From Escherichia phage HF4s: a DNA stretch of 39,390 nucleotides. This document shows positions 29,927 through 39,380 of this stretch, one piece after another. The notes beneath the pieces are model-generated. The model saw only the letters and a program-made list of their open reading frames with translations. It searched no databases and was not told the DNA's origin. The stretch lies in the sequence record MT833387.1, one strand, 5' to 3'. A program made the position numbers and the translations under genes. Within the stretch, counting starts at the first letter, position 1. Each line of letters opens with the position of its first letter.

Positions 29927-30199
29927 ATGCGAAACAAAGGCTTTAATCCACCTGATACACACAAAGAAGCTAAGCGTTTGAGCTTCCTTCGTTCCATTGA
30001 TGAAAGAACTCAAATCTCTTTTGTGAAAGTTGCCAGAACTGAGCTTCTGAAGGCTGAGGCGAGGGCGTTGCTCCCGTCTCTACCAAAAGAGGATGGATAT
30101 ACGTTCATTCCAAACGCATTTCTGGAAAAGCTTCTCAAAGAAGACATATCCGTAAGTCAGTTTAACGATGTTCTTAAGGTCTTTCGTCAAGGCAGGTAG
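29927..30199 (+). CDS. hypothetical protein between cII and the replication initiator
   Basis: 90-aa ORF with GAGGT RBS, in a position that is empty in lambda. Confidence 0.5.
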   Translation: MRNKGFNPPDTHKEAKRLSFLRSIDERTQISFVKVARTELLKAEARALLPSLPKEDGYTFIPNAFLEKLLKEDISVSQFNDVLKVFRQGR

Positions 30200-30201
30200 T
30201 T

Positions 30202-31149
30202 ATGAGCAATACAGCAAAAATCTACGATTTCAGCGCCGCACACGAGCGCAGGAGCAACAGGATGGAGAACCAGAAAACTGGTTACATTCCGTTGTACCGG
30301 AGCATTCTGAAACAGTCATGGGCGAAAGATGTTTATCTTCGCACCCTGTGGGAAAACCTTCTCCTGAATGCCGCCAGAAAGCCATACAAAGCGAATTTCA
30401 AAGGTCATGAATGGCATCTGCAACCCGGTCAACTGGTTGTGACAGCAGCTGATTTAGGTCTTCAGTTATGCGACAGACATGGCAAGCCAGCAAGCCGTGA
30501 TCAGGTTGAGCGGATGCTTCAGGTTTTTGTGAAAGAGGGGATGATCTCCATTGATGGAGAGAAGCAAAAAGGTCGTGTGATCACCATCACAAATTACCAT
30601 GAATATGCTCAAAAAATGGACAATTTACCCGCACATGAAGCCGCACAAACAACCGCACATGATGCCGCACATGACGAAGCCAGTAATGGCGCGGATTTCA
30701 GCGCACATGCCGCACATGAAAGCGCACATGAAGCCGCACAAATAACCGCACATCATGAACAAGAAGGTATTAACAAGAATATAAATAATACCCCCCTACC
30801 CCCCAATGGGGGAGGCGATGGACAGGTTAAACCTGAACGTCGCAAGGCAGAACGAATCGACTACGAATCCTTCCTGAACGCCTACAACACCGAAGTCGGT
30901 GACAGACTGCCACACGCTGTTGCGGTCAACGAGAAACGCAAACGCCGCCTGAAGAAAATCATCCCGCAACTGAAAACGCCAAACGTGGACGGTTTCAGAG
31001 CGTATGTCAGGGCGTTTGTGCATCAAGCCAAGCCGTTTTACTTCGGAGACAACGACACGGGCTGGACGGCTGATTTTGATTACCTGCTGAGAGAAGACTC
31101 GTTAACGGGAGTTCGGGAAGGGAAGTTTGCAGACAGGGGGATTGCATGA
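30202..31149 (+). CDS. replication initiator (O-like) with internal origin iterons
   Basis: 315 aa; HTH-like N-terminal domain, central His/Ala-rich repeat encoded by DNA iterons, conserved C-terminal domain; coupled to the helicase gene. Confidence 0.8.
   Translation: MSNTAKIYDFSAAHERRSNRMENQKTGYIPLYRSILKQSWAKDVYLRTLWENLLLNAARKPYKANFKGHEWHLQPGQLVVTAADLGLQLCDRHGKPASRDQVERMLQVFVKEGMISIDGEKQKGRVITITNYHEYAQKMDNLPAHEAAQTTAHDAAHDEASNGADFSAHAAHESAHEAAQITAHHEQEGINKNINNTPLPPNGGGDGQVKPERRKAERIDYESFLNAYNTEVGDRLPHAVAVNEKRKRRLKKIIPQLKTPNVDGFRAYVRAFVHQAKPFYFGDNDTGWTADFDYLLREDSLTGVREGKFADRGIA
30627..30810 (+). repeat. origin of replication: ~7 iterons (GCACATGA core) plus A/T-rich segment
   Basis: Direct repeats CCGCACATGA(A/C/T) at 10-25 bp spacing inside the initiator gene, followed by an A/T-rich stretch and C6-tacc-C6-aat-G5. 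Confidence 0.7.
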
Positions 31150-32564
31150 GACAGGATATCGAAGCGAGCGTTATCGGTGGCCTGCTGATTGGTGGATTAA
31201 CTCCAACCGCCAGCGACGTTCTGGCAACGCTGGAGCCGGAAGCGTTTTCAATTCCGCTCTACCGGAAAGCCTTCGAGGTTATCCGCAAGCAGGCGAGAAA
31301 CAGAAACCTAATCGACGCGCTGATGGTTGCCGAGGCGTGCGGAGAGGAGCATTTCACGTCAATCCTGATGACCAGTAAGAACTGCCCGAGTGCCGCAAAC
31401 CTGAAGGGATATGCCGGAATGGTCGCGGATAACTATCACCGCCGTCTGGTGCTGGAAATCATGGATGAAATGCGTGAACCAATTCAGAGCGGAACCATCG
31501 ACGCATCGAGTCAGGCGATGGACGAGCTCGTAAAGCGTCTTTCAGCCATCAGAAAGCCCCGTGACGAGGTTAAACCTGTACGGTTAGGGGAAATCATCAC
31601 TGACTACACTGACACGCTTGACAGGCGTCTGAGGAACGGAGAGGAATCAGATACCCTGAAGACCGGAATCGAAGAACTTGACGCTATCACCGGAGGGATG
31701 AACGCAGAAGACCTGGTGATTATCGCCGCTCGTCCTGGTATGGGGAAAACCGAACTGGCTCTGAAGGTTGCCGAAGGCGTGGCAAGCCGCGTTATTCCTG
31801 GTTCTGACGTCCGGCGCGGGGTATTGATTTTCTCAATGGAAATGAGCGCATTGCAGATTGCAGAGCGAAGCATTGCCAACGCCGGGAGGATGTCGGTTAG
31901 CGTACTGCGAAATCCTGCATCGATGGATGACGAAGGCTGGGCGCGTGTTGCTAACGGCATGAGTCAGCTTGCGGATTTGGATGTATGGGTAGTCGATGCA
32001 TCGCGGTTATCGGTCGAAGAAATACGCTCAATCGCAGAACGGCACAAACAGGAAAATCCAAACCTGTCACTCATCATGGCGGATTATCTTGGCCTGATTG
32101 AGAAGCCGAAAGCAGACCGCAACGACCTCGCAATTGCTCACATCTCCGGAAGCCTGAAGGCGATGGCGAAAGACCTGAAAACGCCTGTTATCTCCCTGAG
32201 TCAGCTTTCGCGCGATGTTGAGAAGCGACCAAACAAACGCCCGACAAACGCAGATTTGCGTGATTCAGGAAGCATTGAACAGGACGCAGACTCAATCATC
32301 ATGCTCTATCGGGAAGCGGTATATGACGAGAACAGTAGCGCCGCGCCATTTGCTGAAATCATCGTGACGAAAAACCGTTTTGGCTCACTTGGTACGGTTT
32401 ACCAGCGGTTCTGTAACGGACACTTTGTTGCATGTGACCAGGATGAAGCCAGACAGATTGCACAGCATCAAATGCGCCTGCTGCGCGTGGCAGACGATAT
32501 GCACAAGGGGCGGACGTATGACCATCATACATCAGACGGGACGTATGACCATCTACATCACTGA
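31146..32564 (+). CDS. replicative DNA helicase, DnaB family (P22 gp12-like)
   Basis: 472 aa; Walker [10 protein letters not shown] and DnaB C-terminal motifs. Confidence 0.9.
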   Translation: MRQDIEASVIGGLLIGGLTPTASDVLATLEPEAFSIPLYRKAFEVIRKQARNRNLIDALMVAEACGEEHFTSILMTSKNCPSAANLKGYAGMVADNYHRRLVLEIMDEMREPIQSGTIDASSQAMDELVKRLSAIRKPRDEVKPVRLGEIITDYTDTLDRRLRNGEESDTLKTGIEELDAITGGMNAEDLVIIAARPGMGKTELALKVAEGVASRVIPGSDVRRGVLIFSMEMSALQIAERSIANAGRMSVSVLRNPASMDDEGWARVANGMSQLADLDVWVVDASRLSVEEIRSIAERHKQENPNLSLIMADYLGLIEKPKADRNDLAIAHISGSLKAMAKDLKTPVISLSQLSRDVEKRPNKRPTNADLRDSGSIEQDADSIIMLYREAVYDENSSAAPFAEIIVTKNRFGSLGTVYQRFCNGHFVACDQDEARQIAQHQMRLLRVADDMHKGRTYDHHTSDGTYDHLHH

Positions 32565-32574
32565 GCTAATAACA

Positions 32575-32601
32575 GGGGCTATTTACACAGTAGCCCTTTT
32601 T
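32575..32601 (+). terminator. intrinsic terminator (tR2-like)
   Basis: GGGCTA-9 nt loop-TAGCCC followed by TTTTT, directly after the helicase stop. Confidence 0.65.
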
Positions 32602-32628
32602 ATTGGATTAAGAACGAGGGGGATCCTG

Positions 32629-32841
32629 ATGGACACCGTTAACGGAATGTGTTCAGACGCACCGCGTGCCAAAAAATGTAAGTGCGGAAAATCACCGACA
32701 ATATTCGACATGGAGAACGGGTGCCAAATCTACTGCGCTAACCACGCTGTTGTGGCGGCCGCGAATTATCGCAGTGCGGTAACGGAGTGGAATAACCTGA
32801 AATCTGTTAGAGAGGGAAGTCATGAAAAAACTAACCTTTGA
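32629..32841 (+). CDS. small Cys-rich protein (NinA position)
   Basis: 70-aa ORF with CKCG...C..YC motif; overlaps the ninB start. Confidence 0.45.
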   Translation: MDTVNGMCSDAPRAKKCKCGKSPTIFDMENGCQIYCANHAVVAAANYRSAVTEWNNLKSVREGSHEKTNL

Positions 32842-33262
32842 AATTCGATCCCCAGCACATCAGCAAAACGCTATTCACGCAGTACAGCAAATTCTTCCAG
32901 ACCCAACCAAGCCAATCGTAGTGATCATTCAGGAGCGCAACCGCAGCTTAGACCAGAACAGGAAGCTATGGGCCTGCTTAGGTGACGTCTCTCGTCAGGT
33001 TGAATGGCATGGTCGCTGGCTGGATGCAGAAAGCTGGAAGTGTGTGTTTACCGCAGCATTAAAGCAGCAGGACGTTGTTCCTAACCTTGCCGGGAATGGC
33101 TTTGTGGTAATAGGCCAGTCAACCAGCAGGATGCGTGTAAGCGAATTTGCGGAGCTATTAGAGCTTATACAGGCATTCGGTACAGAGCGTGGCGTTAAGT
33201 GGTCAGACGAAGCTCGACTGGCTCTCGAATGGAAAGCGCGATGGGGAGATCGGGCAGCATGA
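32822..33262 (+). CDS. ninB: NinB recombination protein
   Basis: 146 aa, near-identical to lambda NinB. Confidence 0.92.
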   Translation: MKKLTFEIRSPAHQQNAIHAVQQILPDPTKPIVVIIQERNRSLDQNRKLWACLGDVSRQVEWHGRWLDAESWKCVFTAALKQQDVVPNLAGNGFVVIGQSTSRMRVSEFAELLELIQAFGTERGVKWSDEARLALEWKARWGDRAA

Positions 33263-33786
33263 CTATCAAATCAAATACGCCAGCACACGACAAGGACTGC
33301 TGGCAAACGCCGCTTTGGCTTTTTGATGCACTGGATATTGAGTTTGGATTCTGGCTGGATTCGGCAGCGAGCGACAAAAATGCTCTGTGTGCTCACTGGC
33401 TAACTGAGGCCGACGACGCGCTAAATTCTGAGTGGATAAGCCACGGTGCAATCTGGAATAACCCACCGTACAGCAATATCAGGCCGTGGGTGGAAAAAGC
33501 CGCTGAGCAGTGCATACAACAGCGACAGACGGTAGTTATGCTTGTGCCAGAGGATATGTCAGTCGGATGGTTCAGCAAGGCTCTGGAGAGTGTCGACGAA
33601 GTTCGCATTATCACTGATGGACGGATTAATTTTATCGAACCATCGACAGGGCTGGAGAAGAAGGGAAACAGCAAAGGCTCCATGCTGCTGATTTGGCGAC
33701 CGTTCATCAGTCCTCGACGGATGTTTACTACCGTATCCAAAGCGGCATTGATGGCGATCGGGCAGGGCGTCAGGAGGGCGGCATGA
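33259..33786 (+). CDS. phage DNA N6-adenine methyltransferase (Dam-type)
   Basis: ~175 aa with NPPY catalytic motif (IWNNPPYS); start overlaps the ninB stop. Confidence 0.75.
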   Translation: MTIKSNTPAHDKDCWQTPLWLFDALDIEFGFWLDSAASDKNALCAHWLTEADDALNSEWISHGAIWNNPPYSNIRPWVEKAAEQCIQQRQTVVMLVPEDMSVGWFSKALESVDEVRIITDGRINFIEPSTGLEKKGNSKGSMLLIWRPFISPRRMFTTVSKAALMAIGQGVRRAA

Positions 33787-33959
33787 GACGACAGCGACGA
33801 AGTTTCACCGACATCATCTGCGAAAACTGCAAATACCTTCCAACGAAGCGCTCCAGAAATAAACGCAAGCCAATCCCAAAAGAATCTGACGTAAAAACCT
33901 TCAATTACACGGCTCACCTGTGGGATATCCGGTGGCTAAGACATCGTGCGAGGAAATGA
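33783..33959 (+). CDS. ninE: NinE
   Basis: 58 aa, [23 protein letters not shown]... as in lambda NinE. Confidence 0.85.
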   Translation: MRRQRRSFTDIICENCKYLPTKRSRNKRKPIPKESDVKTFNYTAHLWDIRWLRHRARK

Positions 33960-34345
33960 CAATGGATTATTCACAGTTAAGTGATTTTGAAATTAACGTG
34001 GCGGTATTCGAAGCCATTCATAACGGATCACCGGATTACAAAGAAGGTGAGAATGGCGATATGGTGTTTGTCTCATTTGAGGGAGACATTGTAAACGGAG
34101 ACGCAGTTGAAGTAGAAGTTGAGCGCGGATCATTTAACCCATGCGTAAACTCAGCAGACGCATGGCCGATTATCACTGAAAACAACATCAGCATAATTTT
34201 AGACAATCCCTCAATGCCGTGCGCCACAGACAACGCAAGGGACTTGTTTGATGATGCAGGACCGAATGTTGGTGTCGCATATGACAATCCACTCCGTGCC
34301 GCCATGATTGTCTTTCTCATGCTGCAGGACGCCAATAATGCTTAG
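33956..34345 (+). CDS. NinX-position protein
   Basis: 129-aa acidic ORF between ninE and ninF. Confidence 0.55.
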   Translation: MTMDYSQLSDFEINVAVFEAIHNGSPDYKEGENGDMVFVSFEGDIVNGDAVEVEVERGSFNPCVNSADAWPIITENNISIILDNPSMPCATDNARDLFDDAGPNVGVAYDNPLRAAMIVFLMLQDANNA

Positions 34346-34514
34346 CCCATCCCAATCCATTCAATACCAGAAAGAAAGCGTCGAGCGAGCTTTAACGTGC
34401 GCTAACTGCGGTAAGAAGCTGCATGTGCTGGAAGTTCACGTGTGTGAGCACTGCTGCGCAGAACTGATGAGCGATCCGAATAGCTCAATGTACGAGGAAG
34501 AATACGATGGCTAA
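34338..34514 (+). CDS. ninF: NinF
   Basis: 58 aa, [25 protein letters not shown]... as in lambda NinF. Confidence 0.85.
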   Translation: MLSPSQSIQYQKESVERALTCANCGKKLHVLEVHVCEHCCAELMSDPNSSMYEEEYDG

Positions 34515-35118
34515 ACCAGCGCGAAGACGATGTAAAAACGAAGAATGTCGGGAATGGTTTCACCCTGCATTCGCTAATCAGTGGTGGTGCTCTCCAGAGT
34601 GTGGAACAAAGATAGCACTCGAACGACGAAGCAAAGAACGCGAAAAAGCGGAAAAAGCAGCAGAGAAGAAACGACGACGAGAGGAGCAGAAACAGAAAGA
34701 TAAACTGAAGATTCGAAAACTCGCCTTAAAGCCCCGCAGTTACTGGATTAAACAAGCCCAACAAGCCGTAAACGCCTTCATCAGAGAAAGAGACCGCGAC
34801 TTACCATGTATCTCGTGCGGAACGCTCACGTCTGCTCAGTGGGATGCCGGACATTACCGGACAACTGCTGCGGCACCTCAACTCAGATTTGATGAACGCA
34901 ATATTCACAAGCAATGCGTGGTGTGCAACCAGCATAAAAGCGGAAATCTCGTTCCGTATCGCGTCGAACTGATTAACCGAATCGGGCAGGAAGCAGTAGA
35001 CGAAATCGAATCAAACCATAAACGCCATCGCTGGACTATCGAAGAGTGCAAGGCGATCAAGGCGGAGTATCAGCAGAAACTCAAAGACCTGCGAAATAGC
35101 AGAAGTGAGGCCGCATGA
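34507..35118 (+). CDS. ninG: NinG (Rap) recombination-associated endonuclease
   Basis: 203 aa, lambda NinG-like with Cys clusters. Confidence 0.9.
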   Translation: MAKPARRRCKNEECREWFHPAFANQWWCSPECGTKIALERRSKEREKAEKAAEKKRRREEQKQKDKLKIRKLALKPRSYWIKQAQQAVNAFIRERDRDLPCISCGTLTSAQWDAGHYRTTAAAPQLRFDERNIHKQCVVCNQHKSGNLVPYRVELINRIGQEAVDEIESNHKRHRWTIEECKAIKAEYQQKLKDLRNSRSEAA

Positions 35119-35321
35119 CGTTCTCAGTAAAAACCATTCCAGACATGCTCGTTGAAGCATACGGAAACCAGACAGAAGTAGCACGCAGACTGAAATGTAG
35201 TCGCGGCACGGTCAGAAAATACGTTGATGATAAAGACGGGAAAATGCACGCCATCGTCAACGACGTTCTTATGGTTCATCGCGGATGGAGTGAAAGAGAT
35301 GCGCTATTACGAAAGAATTGA
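35115..35321 (+). CDS. ninH: NinH
   Basis: 68 aa, lambda NinH-like ([36 protein letters not shown]...). Confidence 0.85.
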   Translation: MTFSVKTIPDMLVEAYGNQTEVARRLKCSRGTVRKYVDDKDGKMHAIVNDVLMVHRGWSERDALLRKN

Positions 35322-35970
35322 TGGCAGCAAATACCGAAATATTTGGGTAGTTGGCGATCTGCACGGATGCTACACGAACCTGATGAAAAAACTGGAGACG
35401 ATAGGATTCGACACCAAAAAAGACCTGCTTATCTCGGTTGGCGATTTGGTCGATCGCGGTACAGAGAACGTCGAATGCCTGGAATTAATCACATTCCCCT
35501 GGTTCAGAGCTGTACGTGGAAACCATGAGCAAATGATGATTGATGGCTTATCAGAGCGTGGAAACGTCAATCACTGGCTGCTTAATGGCGGTGGCTGGTT
35601 CTTTAATCTCGATTACGACAAAGAAATTCTGGCTAAAGCTCTTGCCCATAAAGCAGGTGAACTTCCGTTAATCATCGAACTGGTGAGCAAAGGTAAAAAA
35701 TATGTCATCTGCCACGCCGATTATCCTTGTGATAAATACGAGTTTGGAAAGCCAGTTGATCATCAGCAGGTAATCTGGAGCCGCGAACGAATCAGCAACT
35801 CACAAGACGGGATCGTGAAAGAAATCAAAGGCGCGGACACGTTCATCTTTGGTCATACGCCAGCAGTGAAACCACTCAAGTTTTCCAACCAGATGTATAT
35901 CGATACCGGCGCAGTGTTCTGCGGAAACCTCACATTGATTCAGGTACAGGGAGAAGGCGCGTGGGCATAA
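35299..35970 (+). CDS. ninI: Ser/Thr protein phosphatase NinI
   Basis: [24 protein letters not shown]... with GDLVDRG and GNHE metallophosphatase motifs, as in lambda PPase. Confidence 0.9.
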   Translation: MRYYERIDGSKYRNIWVVGDLHGCYTNLMKKLETIGFDTKKDLLISVGDLVDRGTENVECLELITFPWFRAVRGNHEQMMIDGLSERGNVNHWLLNGGGWFFNLDYDKEILAKALAHKAGELPLIIELVSKGKKYVICHADYPCDKYEFGKPVDHQQVIWSRERISNSQDGIVKEIKGADTFIFGHTPAVKPLKFSNQMYIDTGAVFCGNLTLIQVQGEGAWA

Positions 35971-36479
35971 GAGAACTAAACCTCACCAAAGAGCAGCACG
36001 AGTGGCTGAATGGCTGGCTTGAACTGTGGGGCGCATGGGTTTATTCAGGTCGTCTGGAAAAGCGCATGAGCAGCGTAATAGCGAAGTTCATGGAGAGCGT
36101 AGAGCCGGGAAGAGTTATGACAAGGCCAATGTGCAATGATGATGATGGAATGTTGATTTCTCAGGTCGTCGATTCCGTCATGTACATCGACAAAAAAGCC
36201 TTTGGCATCCTCCTCAGCTACTACGCTCATGGTTCATCTAAGCGAGCAATTGCATCCTACTATCACGCGACTGCAAAGCCACGCAAGATGTGTGGACGTG
36301 GTGGCGAGGGATGGAGAAAACCTTCACTGGCAACCTGTAGAAACGAAATTGACGACATCCTGAAAGCGTCATTATTTGTTTTGTACCAACCAATGCAAAA
36401 TGCTTTCAAAATGCGTAAACGTGTTGAGAAAGTTAAGCATGTTGCTGTTAAAAACCTTGACATGCAATTAGCCATTTAG
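35961..36479 (+). CDS. Q: late-gene antiterminator Q (QuuD / phi21-Q type)
   Basis: 172 aa immediately upstream of the late leader and lysis cassette; shares LxxWGAW and PxCxDDD motifs with DLP12 QuuD-type Q proteins. Confidence 0.65.
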   Translation: MGIRELNLTKEQHEWLNGWLELWGAWVYSGRLEKRMSSVIAKFMESVEPGRVMTRPMCNDDDGMLISQVVDSVMYIDKKAFGILLSYYAHGSSKRAIASYYHATAKPRKMCGRGGEGWRKPSLATCRNEIDDILKASLFVLYQPMQNAFKMRKRVEKVKHVAVKNLDMQLAI

Positions 36480-36496
36480 CCATAATTAGAGGGTAA

Positions 36497-36537
36497 GCTG
36501 CCGTTAGTGACTCTTAAGTTGCAACGGTGGCTTTTTT
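36497..36537 (+). terminator. tR'-like intrinsic terminator
   Basis: 9-bp stem with two G-U pairs followed by a T6 run, 18 nt after the Q stop. Confidence 0.55.
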
Positions 36538-36541
36538 ATTT

Positions 36542-36616
36542 GGGTCAGTCGTATAAAGGTCATTACGGAAGGCTGTTAACCTTCTTATCGTGGTTCGAGT
36601 CCACGCTGTCCCGCCA
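36542..36616 (+). tRNA. tRNA-Asn (anticodon GUU), phage-encoded
   Basis: Cloverleaf by hand: acceptor GGGTCAG/CTGTCCC (one mismatch), anticodon stem GAAGG/CCTTC with loop CTGTTAA, T-arm CGTGG-TTCGAGT-CCACG, encoded CCA. Confidence 0.55.
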
Positions 36617-36621
36617 AATAT

Positions 36622-36697
36622 GCTGGTTTAGCTCCAATGGTAGAGCAGTCGCCTTGTAAGCGAATGGGTAGCGGTTCAAGTCCGTTAACCAGCACCA
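36622..36697 (+). tRNA. tRNA-Thr (anticodon UGU), phage-encoded
   Basis: Perfect 7-bp acceptor GCTGGTT/AACCAGC, D-arm GCTC-CAATGGTA-GAGC, anticodon loop CTTGTAA, T-arm AGCGG-TTCAAGT-CCGTT, encoded CCA. Confidence 0.6.
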
Positions 36698-36939
36698 TAA
36701 CTGAGCCGTAGCCACTGGCTATCCTGAATTCATCAGTGATAGTTACGCTGCGGCCTTCTACACATGACCTTCGTGAAAGCGGGTGGCATGAGGTTGCGCT
36801 AACAACCTCCTGCCGTTTTGCCCGTGCATATCGGTCACGAACAAATCTGATTACTAAACACAGTAGCCTGGATTTGTTCTATCAGTAATCGACCTTATTC
36901 CTAATTAAATAGAGCAAATCCCCTTATTGGGGGTAAGAC

Positions 36940-37263
36940 ATGAAGATGCCAGAAAAACATGACCTGTTAGCCGCCATTCTCGCGGCAAAGGAACAAGGCA
37001 TCGGGGCAATCCTTGCGTTTGCAATGGCGTACCTTCGCGGCAGATATAATGGCGGTGCGTTTACAAAAACAGTAATCGACGCAACGATGTGCGCCATTAT
37101 CGCCTGGTTCATTCGTGACCTTCTCGACTTCGCCGGACTAAGTAGCAATCTCGCTTATATAACTAGCGTGTTCATCGGCTACATCGGTACTGACTCGATT
37201 GGTTCGCTTATCAAACGCTTCGCTGCTAAAAAAGCCGGAGTAGAAGATGGTGGAAATCAATAA
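36940..37263 (+). CDS. S: holin, lambda S type with dual start
   Basis: 107 aa, essentially identical to lambda S ([22 protein letters not shown]...); upstream stem-loop as in lambda. Confidence 0.95.
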   Translation: MKMPEKHDLLAAILAAKEQGIGAILAFAMAYLRGRYNGGAFTKTVIDATMCAIIAWFIRDLLDFAGLSSNLAYITSVFIGYIGTDSIGSLIKRFAAKKAGVEDGGNQ

Positions 37264-37723
37264 TCAACGTAAGGCGTTCCTCGATATGCTGGCGTGGTCA
37301 GAGGGAACTGATAACGGACGTCAGAAAACCAGAAATCATGGTTATGACGTCATTGTAGGCGGAGAGCTATTCACTGATTACTCCGATCATCCTCGCAAAC
37401 TTGTCACGCTAAACCCAAAACTCAAATCAACAGCAGCCGGGCGCTATCAGCTTCTTTCCCGTTGGTGGGATGCCTACCGCAAGCAACTTGGCCTGAAAGA
37501 CTTCTCTCCGAAAAGCCAGGACGCTGTGGCATTGCAGCAGATTAAAGAGCGTGGCGCTCTACCGATGATTGATCGCGGTGATATTCGTCAGGCAATCGAC
37601 CGTTGCAGCAATATATGGGCTTCACTTCCGGGGGCTGGTTATGGTCAGTTCGAGCATAAGGCTGACAGCCTGATTGCAAAATTCAAAGAAGCTGGCGGAA
37701 CAGTCAGAGAGATTGAGGTATGA
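37247..37723 (+). CDS. R: endolysin, lambda R-type lytic transglycosylase
   Basis: 158 aa, near-identical to lambda R. Confidence 0.95.
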   Translation: MVEINNQRKAFLDMLAWSEGTDNGRQKTRNHGYDVIVGGELFTDYSDHPRKLVTLNPKLKSTAAGRYQLLSRWWDAYRKQLGLKDFSPKSQDAVALQQIKERGALPMIDRGDIRQAIDRCSNIWASLPGAGYGQFEHKADSLIAKFKEAGGTVREIEV

Positions 37724-38157
37724 GCAGAGTAACCGCGATTATCTCCGCTCTGGTTATCTGCATCATCGTCTGTCTGTCATGGGCTGTTAATCACTACCGT
37801 GATAACGCCATCGCCTACAAAGAACAGCGTGATAAGGCCGCATCCATAATCGCTGATATGCAGAAGCGTCAACGTGATGTAGCAGAACTTGACGCCAGAT
37901 ACACAAAGGAGCTTGCTGATGCTAACGCGACTATCGAAAGTCTCCGTGCTGATGTTTCTGCTGGGCGTAAGCGCCTGCAAGTCGCCGCCACCTGTGCAAA
38001 GTCAACGACCGGAGCCAGCGGCATGGGCGATGGAGAAAGCCCAAGACTTACAGCAGATGCTGAACTCAATTATTACCGTCTCCGAAGTGGAATCGACAAG
38101 ATAACCGCGCAGGTTAACTACCTGCAGGAATACATCAGGACGCAATGCCTTCGATGA
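37720..38157 (+). CDS. Rz: spanin inner-membrane subunit Rz
   Basis: 145 aa; N-terminal TM helix identical to lambda Rz, divergent coiled-coil periplasmic part. Confidence 0.9.
   Translation: MSRVTAIISALVICIIVCLSWAVNHYRDNAIAYKEQRDKAASIIADMQKRQRDVAELDARYTKELADANATIESLRADVSAGRKRLQVAATCAKSTTGASGMGDGESPRLTADAELNYYRLRSGIDKITAQVNYLQEYIRTQCLR
37919..38104 (+). CDS. Rz1: spanin outer-membrane lipoprotein Rz1, embedded in Rz (+1 frame)
   Basis: Embedded ORF with signal peptide ending in lipobox-like VSAC followed by a Pro-rich segment. Confidence 0.75.
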   Translation: MLTRLSKVSVLMFLLGVSACKSPPPVQSQRPEPAAWAMEKAQDLQQMLNSIITVSEVESTR

Positions 38158-38331
38158 TAGCGATAATTTTACTCATCATCCTTCACATCTGGCTCTGTAG
38201 ACAGGGTGATGATCACTTCTGGAGTGAATCCAGATTAAACATCTCATTGCTGATGCTTGATATTGAGCATCTTGCGCGCGGTAAGGGGCTGCGTTGAGAT
38301 AAGAGCCAGTCATTACAAATACCAGGATTTA

Positions 38332-38355
38332 GCCTCGCATTCGCGGGGCTTTTTA
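38332..38355 (+). terminator. intrinsic terminator-like hairpin
   Basis: 7-bp stem GCCTCGC/GCGGGGC with ATTC loop followed by TTTTT. Confidence 0.5.
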
Positions 38356-38375
38356 TTGCAACAAAGGTAAAGACG

Positions 38376-38663
38376 ATGGATGAAGAATATCGTAAAGACC
38401 TGCAACTGTGGTTTGGTCTTACGCATGCGCCGTTCTGCGTGATGCCGCGAGTATTCATGGAGGCTATGCCGCCAGAATGGCAAGAGAAGATGGCTCAGTT
38501 GCTTTTTGAGTATAGCGACACAATCAAAACGGATGTCTGCGGAGTTCACAGCTGTTTTGTTACTGCCAAAGACAGCAACAACCGCTTTATGAGGATGCCA
38601 GAAGATATTCTGAACTATCGTCATCCCCGACGTGAATTCATCGAATCAGTTCTGAAGAAGTAG
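38376..38663 (+). CDS. hypothetical lambdoid protein downstream of the lysis cassette
   Basis: 95-aa ORF with upstream AAAGG RBS. Confidence 0.55.
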   Translation: MDEEYRKDLQLWFGLTHAPFCVMPRVFMEAMPPEWQEKMAQLLFEYSDTIKTDVCGVHSCFVTAKDSNNRFMRMPEDILNYRHPRREFIESVLKK

Positions 38664-38909
38664 CCATTACAAAGCCTATCTACTGGTGGGCTTGATAATG
38701 AAACCAGAATTTATTCTTGGCAACCAGTTACGGCAGTACAGCGAAACAACCCAAGCCAGTAAGTGGGGAAATAACACTGGCAGCCACTGAAAGATGAACC
38801 TCCTGCCTTATGGCAAAAAGATTCTTTGTGGTGGCGGACTGATGGAAAGACATCTGTTATTGCAGAGACCATTCAATGAGTGGTCTCGACAATGGCTTAT
38901 ACCCTGCAC

Positions 38910-38935
38910 GGGATATCTTAACTGATATCCCTTTT
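38910..38935 (+). terminator. intrinsic terminator-like hairpin
   Basis: Perfect 8-bp inverted repeat GGGATATC-ttaact-GATATCCC followed by TTTT. Confidence 0.5.
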
Positions 38936-38956
38936 AACGGATAAACGGAGCCAACA

Positions 38957-39199
38957 ATGGCAGAGATTATTCCCATGACTGAAGAACAGAAATTCCAGTT
39001 AGAGATTTACAAGCTGGTAATGAACCAGAACGCAGCCGCAGAGGAAGCATTTCAATTCATCGGCACTGACGAGCTGAAGCTTGAGTTATTCAAAATTCAC
39101 TTCCAGTCAGGCGGCGCTAATTCAGATATCACGACCCGCACAATCGAAGCGGTACGTAAATCGAAGGAAGCGTTAGACCTGTTCACTACCGGAGCATGA
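38957..39199 (+). CDS. hypothetical protein
   Basis: 80-aa ORF upstream of terS. Confidence 0.5.
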   Translation: MAEIIPMTEEQKFQLEIYKLVMNQNAAAEEAFQFIGTDELKLELFKIHFQSGGANSDITTRTIEAVRKSKEALDLFTTGA

Positions 39200-39200
39200 T

Positions 39201-39380
39201 GTGAGCCGCGTAATCAATTTGGGTAAGGAGAAGAAATTTCCAATTACTCAAGAGCTATACGAGCGGCTGGAAAGCGTCATTCATGATTACGATGGTGAAA
39301 TCAGTTTATGCGAGGCGATTGGCACACTCGAATTGCTGAAGCAGTCACTGATTGAAGGCGCGAAAGAGTCCTCAACCTGA
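39201..39380 (+). CDS. hypothetical small protein (GTG start)
   Basis: 59-aa ORF starting at a GTG preceded by GGAG, 1 nt after the previous stop; last gene before terS on the circular map. Confidence 0.4.
   Translation: MSRVINLGKEKKFPITQELYERLESVIHDYDGEISLCEAIGTLELLKQSLIEGAKESST

Noticed and set aside
30627-30760. Possible CRISPR-like repeat array
   Set aside because: Repeats are ~10 bp, irregularly spaced and lie inside the replication initiator gene; they are ori iterons
38213-38624. Minus-strand ORFs 38213..38458 and 38313..38624 (bor position)
   Set aside because: No similarity to the Bor lipoprotein (no signal peptide or lipobox); they overlap each other and the better-supported plus-strand ORF 38376..38663
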